Source: Octopus sinensis
Lineage: Eukaryota
DNA: 64,000 nucleotides
Direction: 5' to 3'
Assembly (NCBI RefSeq): GCF_006345805.1
Contig: NC_042998.1
Span: 207,762,001 to 207,826,000 of the forward strand
Shown here: positions 1 through 11,647 of the stretch, piece by piece
How positions within the stretch are numbered: the stretch's first letter is position 1
Layout of the letters: each line of letters opens with the position of its first letter
The notes under the pieces: generated by a model
The model's database searches: none
Told to the model about the DNA's origin: nothing
What the model saw: only the letters and a program-made list of their open reading frames with translations
Made by a program: the position numbers and the translations under genes

Positions 1-259
1 CTTAGCGCCTCAGGCATGTAACACCAACAACCCTGGCCGGCCAATGGAATAATTTCTGGACAGATGTTAAGCGACGTTAAAAGCCCTTTGGCACACATTT
101 ACTCAACTTACCTCTGATTATCCTTCCGACTCTTTCCTGAATTGATTACAAAAAAAAAAATAATAAAAATAAAAAAGACCCTACATAAAACATGATCGGA
201 CATATGATAAATTTGTCGAAATACTTTTGTTTTACGATATGCATCAACAAAACGCATGA

Positions 260-810
260 TGCGCAGGCGTGGCTGTGTGGTAAGAAGTTCGCTTCTCAAC
301 CATATGGTTTTGGGTTCAGTCACACTGCGTGGCACCTTGGGCAAGTGTCTTCTACTATAGCCTCGGGCCGACCTTCCTTCTTCCTTCACGAGCCATATCT
401 GGCTCATTAGGGCCGACTTCCAGGTTTCCTTGGCGTATAGGTTCCCCACCTGGACGGGACGCCGGTCTGTCGCAGGTGAGCTGCACGACGCAGGAGGAAT
501 GAGTGAGAGAAAGTTGTGGCGAATGGGTCAGCAGAAGTTCACCATTACCTTCTGGAGGAGCCGCGTGGAGCTTAGGTGTTTCGCTCATAAACACACACTT
601 TGCCTGGTCTGAGATTCGAACCCGCGATCCCTCGACCGCGAGTCCGCTGCTCTAACCACTAGGCCATGTGCCTCCACATGTGGAGGCTCGGGCCGACCAA
701 GGCCTTGTGAGTGGATTTGGTAGACGGAAACAAAGAAGAGCACCGTAAATTGGTTTGACTTAAAATTCTTTGGCCATAGTCTAATGACTGAAACAAGTAA
801 AAGAGGAAAG
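260..810 (+). mobile_element. SINE family A (tRNA-derived), interrupted by a nested SINE
   Basis: Head gcgcaggcgtggctgtgtggtaag..gggttcagtc (A/B box-like) and tail gactgaaacaagtaaaaga, shared with about 20 copies in the window. Confidence 0.9.
374..686 (-). mobile_element. SINE family C' (tRNA-like head) nested in SINE A
   Basis: 12-bp TSD ctcgggccgacc at 362-373 and 687-698; a second, 5'-truncated copy lies at 33797-34055. Confidence 0.85.
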
Positions 811-1167
811 CAAAGGAACTCTGTTGAGTTGTATAAATGAGAAGTCTTTCTCCGCCACAAAATAATCTCGTTCATATTTTAAGGACGGGAATTAATCTAA
901 ACCTGATTGGCTAGCAATTACGTGATTGTTAGAAATGAATTTTTGACCATTGAATTCGGTTTGAATGACTGGGGAAAAATCTATAAAACTGACGACCCTA
1001 AATACGACAGGGCGATGGAGAAACGAAAAGATCTTCTGCTTGCCGTAACAGAGACTTGGCTTGCATTTTGTTGCTGAGACCTGAACTCGAAGACTGAAGG
1101 TCTGAAGCTAGTACTACAAGTTATTTGAATCAAATAAATTATTATATAAGCCATCAACCCTAACAAT

Positions 1168-1638
1168 AATAGAAATATTATTTCTAATTAATTCTAAAGG
1201 AGACTGTGGCAGCGGCACTGGATATTAATAGTTATCGCCAAGCTAACATGGCAGTCCAGAAAAATAGGACGAATGCTGCTGTTGTTAGCTCCTATTTTTC
1301 TGGACTGCCATGTTAGCTTGGCGATAACTATTAATATCCAGTGCCGCTGCAGTAGTCTCCTTTAGAGGGAATTAGAAATAGTGATATTTCTATTTTTGAA
1401 AACCAGTGCTGGGTTCGGCTACTCCGCATTGATAAGAGGCAACCACCTCGAAACTAGTCTGTGGATGCCAGACCATCAAGAAGAAGCTGCTGACCTCCCC
1501 TGTTCGAAGGTTATAATGGATACAGGTTTGTGTGTCACATAGCTACCCAGAAGAGATGGCCTCTTGGAACTAATCAACGGCAGCATTCGTCCTATTTTTC
1601 TGAACTACCATGTTAGCTTGGCGATAACTATTAATACC
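1168..1638 (+). mobile_element. Penelope-like/retrozyme-like remnant: inverted segment + 300-bp-period direct repeat + degenerate hammerhead
   Basis: Inverted arms 1168-1269 / 1290-1394; 1290-1337 repeated at 1590-1637; hammerhead-like motif at 1423-1465. Confidence 0.65.
1423..1465 (+). ncRNA. Degenerate minimal type I hammerhead ribozyme motif
   Basis: Stem I tccgca/tgtgga; core ttgataa (2 transitions from CUGAUGA); stem II gagg/cctc; GAAAC-ua-GUC. Confidence 0.6.
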
Positions 1639-1859
1639 AAACAATAGTATTTTCTGTTATAGATGCAAGTCTTGAAACTTTTGTGGGGAAGGGGGGTCTA
1701 GTCAATTACATCGACCCCAGTGCATAACAGGTGCTTATTTTATTGACCCCGAAAGATGAAGGGAAAAGCTGACCCCGGCGGAATTTAAACTCTGAACATC
1801 AAAACAGACGAAATGCTTCTAAGCCCAGTAACGACTCTACCGGTTCTTTCCCTTATTTG

Positions 1860-2200
1860 AGTATTTCTATATTGGATAGAAAAAGTCGAAGGTTGCTTGT
1901 AGGTTGCGAACCCCGTCCCCAAGGACCCAATTATTGTTGAGTCCTTGGGGACAGCATCAGAAGGGCTCAAGAGGAATATAAAGGAAATAGGAATAGAGTG
2001 CCCAGTAGAACTTTTACAAAAGGCTTGCCCCTTTGACACGGCCAGAATAATCAGGAAAATATTAGAGAGCTGAAAGAATAAACCCGTTGCATGGCACCGT
2101 AGGCTGCAAGCAGGAAGCCCACGATACATGCAAGATTCCTGGAGTACCAACAAAACCTGAGTTATAAAGAATAGGGATTGTAGTAATAATAATGTAATTA
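1860..2200 (+). mobile_element. R4/Dong-like LINE 3' end
   Basis: PIIVESLGT..LLQKAC..TARIIRKILES* (C-terminus downstream of the REL endonuclease), then a UTR and (TAA)n. Confidence 0.75.
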
Positions 2201-2232
2201 TAATAGTGAACAAGTAAATAATAAGCTAAAAC

Positions 2233-3440
2233 GATTAACATGTGGCGTTGTGCAACCGCCGAGCCGTCAGCGACTAAACTGGCAACCCCACTAAGCTCGT
2301 TTGGTGAGGAGGGTGACCTTTGGCCAAAACTGGCAATTGGCAGAACTCAGGATAGTCTCAATGGCCATTCTGAAAACAGTTAGACAGAACACGTGAACCT
2401 TAGTTGTCAGTCTATCTAGGAGAAGGAACACTCTGATTTAAAAACTGAGGTGGATAGGACTCCTTAGCCACAGTGGTGACAACCTGTCAGTGTCCAACGG
2501 CCCCATGCCGGGGATGAAGGCGAATGAAGCGTTAATCGGGACTTAGATCCGGAGCAATGTTTGTATGAAGATACGGGACCAAACGATGTTCACCTATCTC
2601 CTAGCGAGAATCATGACCATGGTCCCCAACACACAGAAATGCGAAGGAACAGGCTCAACTTATGGGTAACAAGAGCTCTGCACAGTCTTGGTAGATAATC
2701 TTACTAGAGATGGTGTCTTGATTAAAATACCAGTTTGTGGCTAACATTAAACCACAAACCTCAATGTTGAATGAAAATATTTAATACAGCCACAACAGAC
2801 GCTGCACCACTATCAGCAGCTGACATGATTTCTTCGGGGGGGGGGGGGGTCCATGGCCCCTCGAGGCCGACGGATGCCTACTACTACTGAGGCTGGAACC
2901 AAAGGTGAAAGCCTTTCGCCTGGCAGGTGACTTTTGGTTGAGCAGCGCAGGCCCAGTCGTGATTCAGAGACTGCTTACACACAAAACCAGAGGCAGAGAA
3001 GAAGGTGGGAGAAGGAGGAGGCAAACCGAACTGTAATCGAATACTGGATCAGGAGTGAACCCAGGAGAAGGGGATTCCGACAATGCACGAAATCAAAATG
3101 GAATGAAACAGGACTCTTCGAGATAAGTGAGCAATGGTGAGCTGACCAGACAAGAACAATAAGAACAAAAGGGTGGTTAACAGACATGGAAATTGAAGAA
3201 ATAAAAAAAGTAAAGTAGAAAACAGTGATAATACTTCAGCAGCCGATAACGTGTCCAGCGAAGACAGAGAAATCAATGGCGGCAGTGGAGACGTAGAGCA
3301 AAGTGTAAATGTAAATGCACATGGTTCCAGGTTCAATCCCACTGCGTGGCATCTTGGGCAAGTGTCTTCTGCTATAGCCTCGGGCCGACCAAAGCCTTGT
3401 GAGTGGATTGGTAGACGGAAACTGAAAGAAGCCTGTCGTA

Positions 3441-3485
<45 letters not shown>

Positions 3486-4390
3486 TATATATATATTATA
3501 TATATATATATATATATGTATTGTGTGTGTTTGTGGTGTCTGTGTTTGCCCCCCCCACATTGTTTGACAACCGATGCTGGTGTGTTTACGTCCCCGTCAC
3601 TTAGCGGTTCGGCAAAAGAGACCGATAGAATAAGTACTGGGCTTACAAAGAATAAGTCCCGGGGTCGAATCGCTCGACTAAAGGCGGTGCTCCAGCATGG
3701 CCGCAGTCAACTGACTGAAACAAGTTAAATAGTAAATGAAGCAGAAATAATGGGAAGAGCTACAGCACAAGAATTCGATGATGACCAGCAAGACATAGTG
3801 AGGACGCTGTGCCGATATATTAGAGAAGACCAGGATCAAGCATCCCCCAATCTGAGGTACATTGATCGACGCAAGCTCGAAGTTGAAACCGAAAAGATAG
3901 ACCCGGTCCTTGGGCTATTCCAGATGAGAAATATAACTGAGACTAACAAGATTATTTGGGCTGCAGCTAAGCTATGGTTGTTGCAGATGGAGTTGGATAC
4001 AAAAGAAAGAGAACAGGCAGACGGTAAAGGACCATATTGGTCGTCGACGAATTTGTGAGAAAGAAACAAAGTTAAATTGACAATTAGGACAAGTTGATAG
4101 ATTGAAAAGAGGGGAATTGCAGAACGAAAGCATAAGAATAAAGCTGGAAAGAAGATATAGAATAAGAGATGAAAGGGTAAGATGTGATATTGGAAGAATT
4201 GAAACAAAGTATAGGAGCAATCAATGCAAAACTAGAAAGTTATGACAATAGAACAAAAAAAAAAAAACAGTTCAGGTAAAATAGATTGTTTGAAGCAAAT
4301 CAGTAAAAAGAACTGTTTCAGGAACAAGATGGGAAAATACAGGGAAAAATGACACCAGATGCAAAGGAAAGAAGGGCATTCTCAAGTGGA
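2233..4390 (+). mobile_element. R4/Dong-like LINE 5' region (UTR + decayed N-terminal ORF), interrupted by SINE A
   Basis: RRRWEKEEANRTVIEYWIRSEPRRRGFRQ and RNITETNKIIWAAAK..PYW resemble the N-terminus of R4/Dong ORFs; frameshifted; ends in (AAT)n. Confidence 0.6.
3318..3735 (+). mobile_element. SINE A with internal (TA)n
   Basis: Matches family consensus; 5' truncated. Confidence 0.9.
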
Positions 4391-4809
4391 ATAATAATAA
4401 TAATGAAATGAAAATATTAATAATAATGATAACAACAACAACAATAATAATAATGAGTCTCTTGAATAGTGATTTTGGAAAGTCAACAACCACAACGGAA
4501 ACAGCTCACCACATAAGAAGCTGATCATTTCTTCCTTTTATCAACACCCCAAGCATTGCTTGTACATGCTTCTGAGCGGCTTCTCTCTTCCGATGGCACT
4601 GATGTTGACTTATATGAAAGAAAAATGAGCAATTTTTGATTATAAATTAACAGTAACCATTCGCTTATAAGATAAGGCAGTGCAAAATACAGCCACATAA
4701 TCATATAAGGCATAATCATATAATCATATAAGGCTCAAAGTTGTCGTTACCACTAAATCAGTGACTAATCATAACTCATCACTCATAACTCAGCAAATGA
4801 AAACATTAT

Positions 4810-5197
4810 ATTAAAAGACTTCTCAAATTTTGGCATTGAAAGCTGCACCAATGCCAGAACGGGACGACACTGCATAGTGCCAAAGGTCCCAGCAATGTCA
4901 TCACGCTTCAGGACCAGTTACTGCAACAGCCTGGGTTTCAAGGGCCCACAGCTTTTTAATATTCTCTCAAAGAGTCTGAGGAACTTGGACAAAGTAGATG
5001 TAGGGTTTTTTAGATCAAAGCTGGACCTCTTCCTGTCTAGAGTCCCAGATGAACCTACTACACGGCAAGAGGTGCAAATGAGGGTAGCTATATCAAACTC
5101 CTGCCACATATTAGAGGAGGTTCTTAGTAATAACAGTGTAGCACAAAACGGCGGTGCATCAGCACGGTCACAGCTCTGAACTGAAACTAGAAAAAAA
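4810..5197 (+). mobile_element. CR1/L2-group LINE 3' fragment
   Basis: NSLGFKGPQLFNIL..FRSKLDLFLSRVPDEP; homologous to 28645-29200. Confidence 0.85.
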
Positions 5198-6055
5198 CAA
5201 ATGGTTAAAGAAAATTTCACTGTAAACATTTTTGCCACAGGAAAATTTACGGCAAGAAAAGATAAATTGCAAAAATAAATAAATAAATAAAATAAGGTAT
5301 TTAGTTTACAGTCTCCTTTACGGCTTAGCGTCAGCCATTTTAGAGGTAGTTTTTAGCGGATTCCATTAATATTGTACTCGTCTTTTATTTTATCAATCCC
5401 GAAAAATTAAAGATTAAGTAAACTCCAGTGGGATTTGAACTCGGAACATAAGGAACCACAATATTGTGCACCGTATTGTTCCGATGTTCTGTTGACTCTT
5501 CCAATTACCCGTCAAATTATAAGAATTTTTTTTTTTTTTAATGGATGTTCACATTCTGGGAGAAGTGTACAATTGCTCAAAAATTAACACAGCCACCATC
5601 AGCAGTGATGGTGTAGGGCGGCGGCTGTGACGTCAATCACAACGACGACCATGACCACCACCACCACCACCACGACAATCTTCATCGGCAGAAATGCAAT
5701 AAGTCACGTGAGCGATCAAAGCTAAATGGCATATTTGCGATGCAGGAGACTGTAGGAAAATATCAACGTAAAACGATTCGTTTATTTTTGCAATTAACCT
5801 CGATCTATCTCGGAAAAGAACAATTAAAAATGCAGAAGTTAATTAAAATTGGAATTGAACTTTGATAGCTTTTTTTGTGTTGTGTTGTTTTTTGATCTTA
5901 CGAACATCCTTCAGGCGTTGTTAGAGTTGGTGCGCATGCGCATATATGCACACCTATATATAGCTAAAGAGACTTGTTGGGTGAGGATGGAACAATGCGG
6001 AAGATGCAAAGTACAGAAAGAAAACGAAACAAAACAAAGTTGTGGTTTTACTTAA

Positions 6056-6097
6056 CATTTCTATATTTCGGGGCTATAACCCCTTCCTCAGGACATG
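6056..6097 (-). ncRNA. Minimal type I hammerhead ribozyme motif with intact catalytic core
   Basis: Minus strand: CAUGUC-CUGAGGA-A-GGGGU-uaua-GCCCC-GAAAUAUA-GAAAUG; one mismatch in stem I. Confidence 0.65.
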
Positions 6098-6254
6098 CGA
6101 GGGATGGATAAAGGTCGTTGCTCAGTTGTGTGGGGGAGAAAGGTCACATGACCAGGTTGGTGTTGCTATAGTAACCGGTCTGCTTTAACCCATTCTATCA
6201 CTTTGTCCAGTGTATTGGACAATATTTCAGCATAAATATAAAATATGGTATTCT

Positions 6255-6470
6255 TTTATTCTTTTGATGGTTTCAGTCATTTGACTGCGGCCATGCTGGA
6301 GCACAGCCTTTAGTCGAACAAATCGATCCCAAGACTTATTCTTTGCAAGCCTAGTACTTATTCTATCTGTCTCTTTTGTTACGGGGGCGTAAACACACCA
6401 GCATCGGTTTCAAGTGATGTTGGGGGGACAAACACAGACACACAAACATACATACACACACAAACACGCA
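6255..6470 (-). mobile_element. SINE A 3' half
   Basis: tttcagtcatttgactgcggccatgctggagcac.. matches the family tail. Confidence 0.85.
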
Positions 6471-6471
6471 T

Positions 6472-6621
6472 ATCATCATCATCATCACATTGTTCGACCG
6501 TGGTCGAGACAATGGAATTTACCATGCTACGCCAGACTTCACGGTCCACATGGCATTACGGAGTCCTGTTGTGGAGCTGTATCCCTGGAGTTAACACCAG
6601 GGTAGGAGAGTGTGCGCCCTC
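6472..6621 (-). mobile_element. RTE/RTE-X-like LINE 3' end with (ATG)n tail
   Basis: GRTLSYP..SRDT..LRNAM.DREVWRSMVNSI followed by (TGA)n; abuts the SINE A internal microsatellite. Confidence 0.65.
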
Positions 6622-6721
6622 NNNNNNNNNNNNNNNNNNNNNNNNNNNNNNNNNNNNNNNNNNNNNNNNNNNNNNNNNNNNNNNNNNNNNNNNNNNNNNN
6701 NNNNNNNNNNNNNNNNNNNNN
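6622..6721. other. Assembly gap (100 N)
   Basis: Run of N. Confidence 1.
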
Positions 6722-7077
6722 CTGCTCAGGCGTAATTGTCAATTTTTTGTCAACGCCATATACTGACATCAACTCACTGCCACGGGCCTTGCTCTTTCAT
6801 CGATTTTCATCAAAATCGGGCAAAAAAAATGCAAAAGCTGCAGGAAAAATAACATGTTATGGGAATTTCCATTCAAACGGCCGGTTGAGCACACAAAAAC
6901 CGATGCCAAATGAGCATTGTCGAGTTTTCAAAAAATTCCGGCTTTATATGAATTTCAGGGCATGTGATCTGCCTATGTACCAAAACTCATTAAAATCAGT
7001 TAGACTGTGTGGGAGGAGTTAGAGTAACTCCAAATACGCACACAGACGAACACAATTACATATTTATGTATATAGAT
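6722..7077 (-). mobile_element. Non-autonomous Helitron-like 5' part
   Basis: Minus strand begins A|TCTATATACATAAA..gtctgtgtg..ctaactcctcccaca, similar to the Helitron at 42354. Confidence 0.55.
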
Positions 7078-7121
7078 ATGTGTATGTTGTATCTACATAC
7101 ATGTAGATGTGTGTATGTGTG

Positions 7122-7165
<44 letters not shown>

Positions 7166-7302
7166 GATATATATATATTTGTGTGTGTGTGTGTGCATGT
7201 GGTGTGTGTGTCTGTGTGTGTGTAGATGTGTAGATGTGTATATATATGTAGATGTGTGTGGATGTATATATGCGTGTGGATGTATATATGTGTGGATGTA
7301 TA

Positions 7303-7540
7303 TAAGGCGGCGAGCTGGCAGAAACTTTAGCACGCCGGGCGAAATGCTTAGCAGTATTTCGTCTGTCTTTACGTTCTGAGTTCAAATTCCGCCGAGGTCA
7401 ACTTTGCCTTTCATCCTTTCGGGGTCGATAAATTAAATACCAGTTACACACTGGGGTCGATGTCATCGACTTAATCCGTTTGTCTGTCCTTGTTTGTCCC
7501 CTCTATGTTTAGCCCCTTGTGGGTAGTAAAGAATAGGTAT
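7303..7540 (+). mobile_element. SINE family B ending in Tx1-like tail
   Basis: Head aaggcggcgagctggcagaa..gagttcaaattcc; body cctttcatcctttcggggtcgataaattaa; tail agccccttgtgggtagtaaagaa. Confidence 0.9.
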
Positions 7541-7544
7541 ATAT

Positions 7545-7662
7545 GCGCTTCAAAGATACACTGAAGGCCTCACTGAAGAGCTTTGAGATCAACCCAGGCA
7601 CCTGGGAAATGCAGCCACAAGAGCACCCTGGCTAGGAAAAGCTGCAGTAGCAGAGGTGCCAC
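7545..7662 (+). mobile_element. RTE-clade LINE fragment
   Basis: RFKDTLKASLKSFEINPGTWE, typical of the RTE/BovB-like C-terminus. Confidence 0.7.
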
Positions 7663-7980
7663 CTCTTAAAATAAGTAAGTACTGGGGTCGATTCAGTCAA
7701 CTAAAAATTCTTCAGGTCGTTGCTCCAATATGACCGCAGTCTAATGACTGAAACAAGTAAAAAATAAAAGGAAAGATAACTAAGGGCGAAAACGTCGAAA
7801 TGTTTATTCAGTCGTTTATCTCCCCTTTGTGTCGCATCCGCATTGAGTTACATGAAATTTAATCTGATAGAAACGACTGTTGACCATCTTCACAATACGG
7901 GAATTTTACCAAAAATCTTTTTAAAAAATGTTAATTTATAATTAGAAAACTAATCAAGTATGATTATTTTGCTCACCTTA

Positions 7981-8238
7981 AGGTGCAGGAGTGGCTGTGT
8001 GGTAAGTAGCTTGCTTACGAACCACATGGTTCCGGGTTCAGTTCCACTGCGTGACACCTTGGGCAAGTGTCTTCTACTATAGCCTCGGGCCGACCAAATC
8101 CTTGTCGGTGGATTTGGCAGACGGAAACTGATTGAAGCCCGTTTCTTTCCTGAGCGTCAAATAATACTTTAATTGTTCCACGTCCTCGCGTTGCTGTGTT
8201 TTTTTCTCTTTTTTTCTGTGTTTTCTTGTTTGGATTAA

Positions 8239-8292
<54 letters not shown>

Positions 8293-8505
8293 ATATGTGT
8301 ATATGTTTGTGTGTCTGTGTTTGTCCCCCAACAACGCTTGACAACCGATGCTGGCGTGTTTACGTCCGGCAAAAGAGACCGATAGAATAAGTACTAGGCT
8401 TACAAAGAATAAGTCCTGGGGTAGATTTCCTCGACTAAAGGCGGTGCTTCAGCATGGCCACAGTCAAATGACTGAAACAAGTAAAAGAGTAAAAGAGTAA
8501 AGAGT
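7981..8505 (+). mobile_element. SINE A, full length, with extra internal insert
   Basis: Head, internal microsatellite and (GTAAAAGA)n tail all present. Confidence 0.9.
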
Positions 8506-8959
8506 TAATTCAAGATACATTTTATTGAAGGTACGTACGTTTGAAATGTTGAACAAAAATTGCTGACGGACATAAAGTATATGGAAACGAAAGATAGCCA
8601 TAAAGGAGGTGTCACTGGAATCTAATAACGTTTGAAGTAAAGACACTGAAATTTCTCTCTGCAGACAATTAGATTTATCGTTCTGGAATATGACACGGCA
8701 AAAAAAAAAAAAAGGATTTCTTTTAATTGAAAAAAATTATTGTAATACAAAAAGAAACAAAATCTTGTTTTTGATTTTTCACAAATTTTCCGATATTAAG
8801 GCAGGTGAGTGAGAAAAAAAATATTTAATCATTTCTAAGGTGAGGAAATAAAAGGAATGCGGAGCCTGGAGAGGTTCTTTTAAAAGAATTAGGAATGCTG
8901 AAGACCCATATTCTAAAAGACTCGCTTTACCATTCCACCAGAGATGAAGTCGATAAATA

Positions 8960-9381
8960 CTCTTTACTCTTTTACTCTTTTACTTGTTTCAGTCATTTGA
9001 CTGCGGCCACGCTGGAGCACCACCTTTAATCGAGCAACTCGGCCCCGGGACTTATTCTTTTGTAAGCCCAGTACTTATTCTATCGGTCTATTTTGCCGAA
9101 CCGCTAAGTAACGGGGACATAAACACACCAGCATTGGTTGTCAAGCAATGCTAGGGGACAAACACAGACACACAAACACACACACACAAACACACACATA
9201 TATATATATATATAAACGACGGGCTTCTTTCAGTCTCCGTCTACCAAATCCACTCACAAGGCTTTGGTCGCCCCGAGGCTATAGTAGAAGACACTTGCCC
9301 AAGGTGCCACGCAGTGGGACTGAACCCGGGACCATGTGGCTGGTAAACAAGCTACTTACCACACAGCCACTCCTGCGCCTA
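8960..9381 (-). mobile_element. SINE A, full length
   Basis: Matches consensus end to end. Confidence 0.92.
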
Positions 9382-9414
9382 TCTCTACAGATCTTTGGTA
9401 ACGTATCGTTTATC

Positions 9415-10127
9415 CTTGATTTGTTTCAGTCATTGGACTGGCCATGCTGGAGCACCTCTTCGACGGTTTATTTGAACGAATCCACCCCCTGTACATATTT
9501 TGTGGTACTTATTCTGCGAAAGTGCGTGGCTTAATGCTTAGGACATTCGGCCCACGATCGTAAGGTCATGAGTTCAATTCCGGGTGACGCATTGTGACCT
9601 TGAGCAAGGCACTTTACTTCACATTCCTCTAGTCCACTCAGCTGGGAAAAATGAGTTGAGCCTGTAATTCAAAAGGGCCCAGCCGCGTCACATTCTCTGT
9701 CATATTCAATCTCCCTGGGTACGTGTGTCTGTGGAGTACTCGACCACTTTCACGTTAATTTCACGAATAGGCTGGTCCGTTGATCGGATCATCTGGGACA
9801 CTCGTCGTCGTAAGCGACGGAGAACCAGTTTAGTTTAGCTACTTATTCTATCGTCTCTTTTGCCGAACCACTGTTACGAGGACGTAAATAAAACAACACC
9901 GGTTTTGGAGCAGTAGTGGGACAACAAACTGTGTGTATATATATAACGTGTCCCTACCGTTGCTTCACAACCTGGGTTGTCTATTTATCTAGTCAATCCA
10001 CTCACAAGGCTTTGATCGCCCCCAAGGCTGTAGTATAACACACTCGTCCAAAGTGCCACGTAGTGATTGAACTCGGAACCATTTGGTTAGGAAGCAAACA
10101 TTTTAGCGCTCAGCCGCGCTGGCGCAT
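9415..10127 (-). mobile_element. Diverged SINE A split by a CORE-like/C chimeric SINE (9516-9839, +)
   Basis: TSD tacttattct at 9506-9515 and 9840-9849. Confidence 0.75.
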
Positions 10128-10149
10128 TTTATCTCTGTTTTTTTTTTTT

Positions 10150-10360
10150 TTTACTTTTTCAGTCATTTGACTGCAGCCATGCTGGAGCACCGCCTTTTTA
10201 GTCGAACAAATCGACCTCAGGACTTATTCTTCGTAAGCGTAGTACTTATTCTATCGGTCTCTTTTGCCGAACCGCTAAGTTACGGGAACGGAGACACACT
10301 AGCATCGATTGTCAAGCGTTGGTGGGGAAACAAACACAGACACACAAACATATATATATA

Positions 10361-10403
<43 letters not shown>

Positions 10404-10419
10404 TATATATATATTATAT

Positions 10420-10457
<38 letters not shown>

Positions 10458-10620
10458 CGACGGGCTTCTTTCACTTCTCTCTACCAAATCCCCTCATAAG
10501 TCTTTGGTCGGCTCCACAGTTTTAGCAAAAGACACTTGCTTAAGGTGCCACGCAGTAGGACCGAAACCAGAACCACGCTGTTAGAAAGCAAGCATTTTAC
10601 CACAAGGCTACGCGTGCGAC
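10150..10620 (-). mobile_element. SINE A
   Basis: Family match with internal (TA)n. Confidence 0.88.
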
Positions 10621-11304
10621 TATTTTATTTTATTTTTCTTCTTTATTTTCTCGTTCGATCTTCATTTTGTTTATCTGTAAAAAAAAAATCACATCCAAAA
10701 TATGCGCACTTCGCCCACTATTTTTTTCGGTTTTGTGGGTGTGTGTGTCTGAAGCCGAGCCACCGTTCATTAATTATTTAATATTAATTAATATTTTTTT
10801 CTCTCTCTCTAAGCTTTCGAAAGAAAGCTATCAGAGTTTCCAGAGCATAAAATAACCAATTCTTTTCATGGTGGCCGCTAACATATCAAATTTTAGTCAA
10901 GTCTGGTGAGCCAGAAACAATATGATCGATGACATCTCTCCCCACCGCCGCCTTCATATATTCCTCAACCAATCTCGTTGTGGATTGTTTCATTGTGTGC
11001 ATACCACGTGACAGAACAGATGATACAAGGCGGATGCGGCGGATAAAATTCATTTTTTTGTCAGTCATTAGCAACAGTTAATTTTGTTTGCCAATCTAAA
11101 TCACACTGGAATAGTTCCGTTAATAAATGAGAAAAATTATATTATTTCCGGTCACGTGTTTTATCCGATCAGCGTATCATGTGTTATTGTTGCGGTTATT
11201 AAGGTGACTTGCCAATCTCCCGTGTCCGTGTCATGGGAAAATTCAGAGACAAAACTGTCAGAACTAACAATATTGTTAACTTTATAATCAATAATAATAA
11301 TAAG

Positions 11305-11622
11305 TGAGGCGCGTGGCTTAGTGGTTAGGGCATTCGGCTCATGATCGTAAGGTTGTGAGTTCGATTCCCGGCGACGCGTTGTGTCCTTGAGCAAGACACT
11401 TCATTTCACGTTGCTCCAGTCCACTCAGCTGGCAAAAATGAGTTGTACTTGTATTTCAAAGGGTCAGCCTTGTCACTCTCTGTGTCACGCTGATTATCCC
11501 CGAGAACTACGTTAAGGGTACACGTGTCTGTGGAATGCTCAGCCATTTGCACGTTAATTTCACGAGCAAGCTGTTCCGTTGATCGTATCAGCTGGGACCC
11601 TCGTCGTCGTAACCGGCGGAGT
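11305..11622 (+). mobile_element. SINE with CORE-like 5' module and family C tail
   Basis: tRNA-like head, tgtgtccttgagcaagacactt (CORE-like), then tgtatttcaaaggg..cctcgtcgtcgtaacc as in 34769 and 62289. Confidence 0.85.
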
Positions 11623-11647
11623 CTTTTATTAATAATAATAATAATAA

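Noticed and set aside
9148-9534. Recurrent 'RGYSRRHLPKVPRSGTEP' / 'EDTCPRCHAVGLNPEP' peptides
   Set aside because: They are incidental translations of SINE A.
10860-11290. Unique-looking stretch with short ORFs
   Set aside because: No recognisable motif or convincing splice sites; left unassigned.
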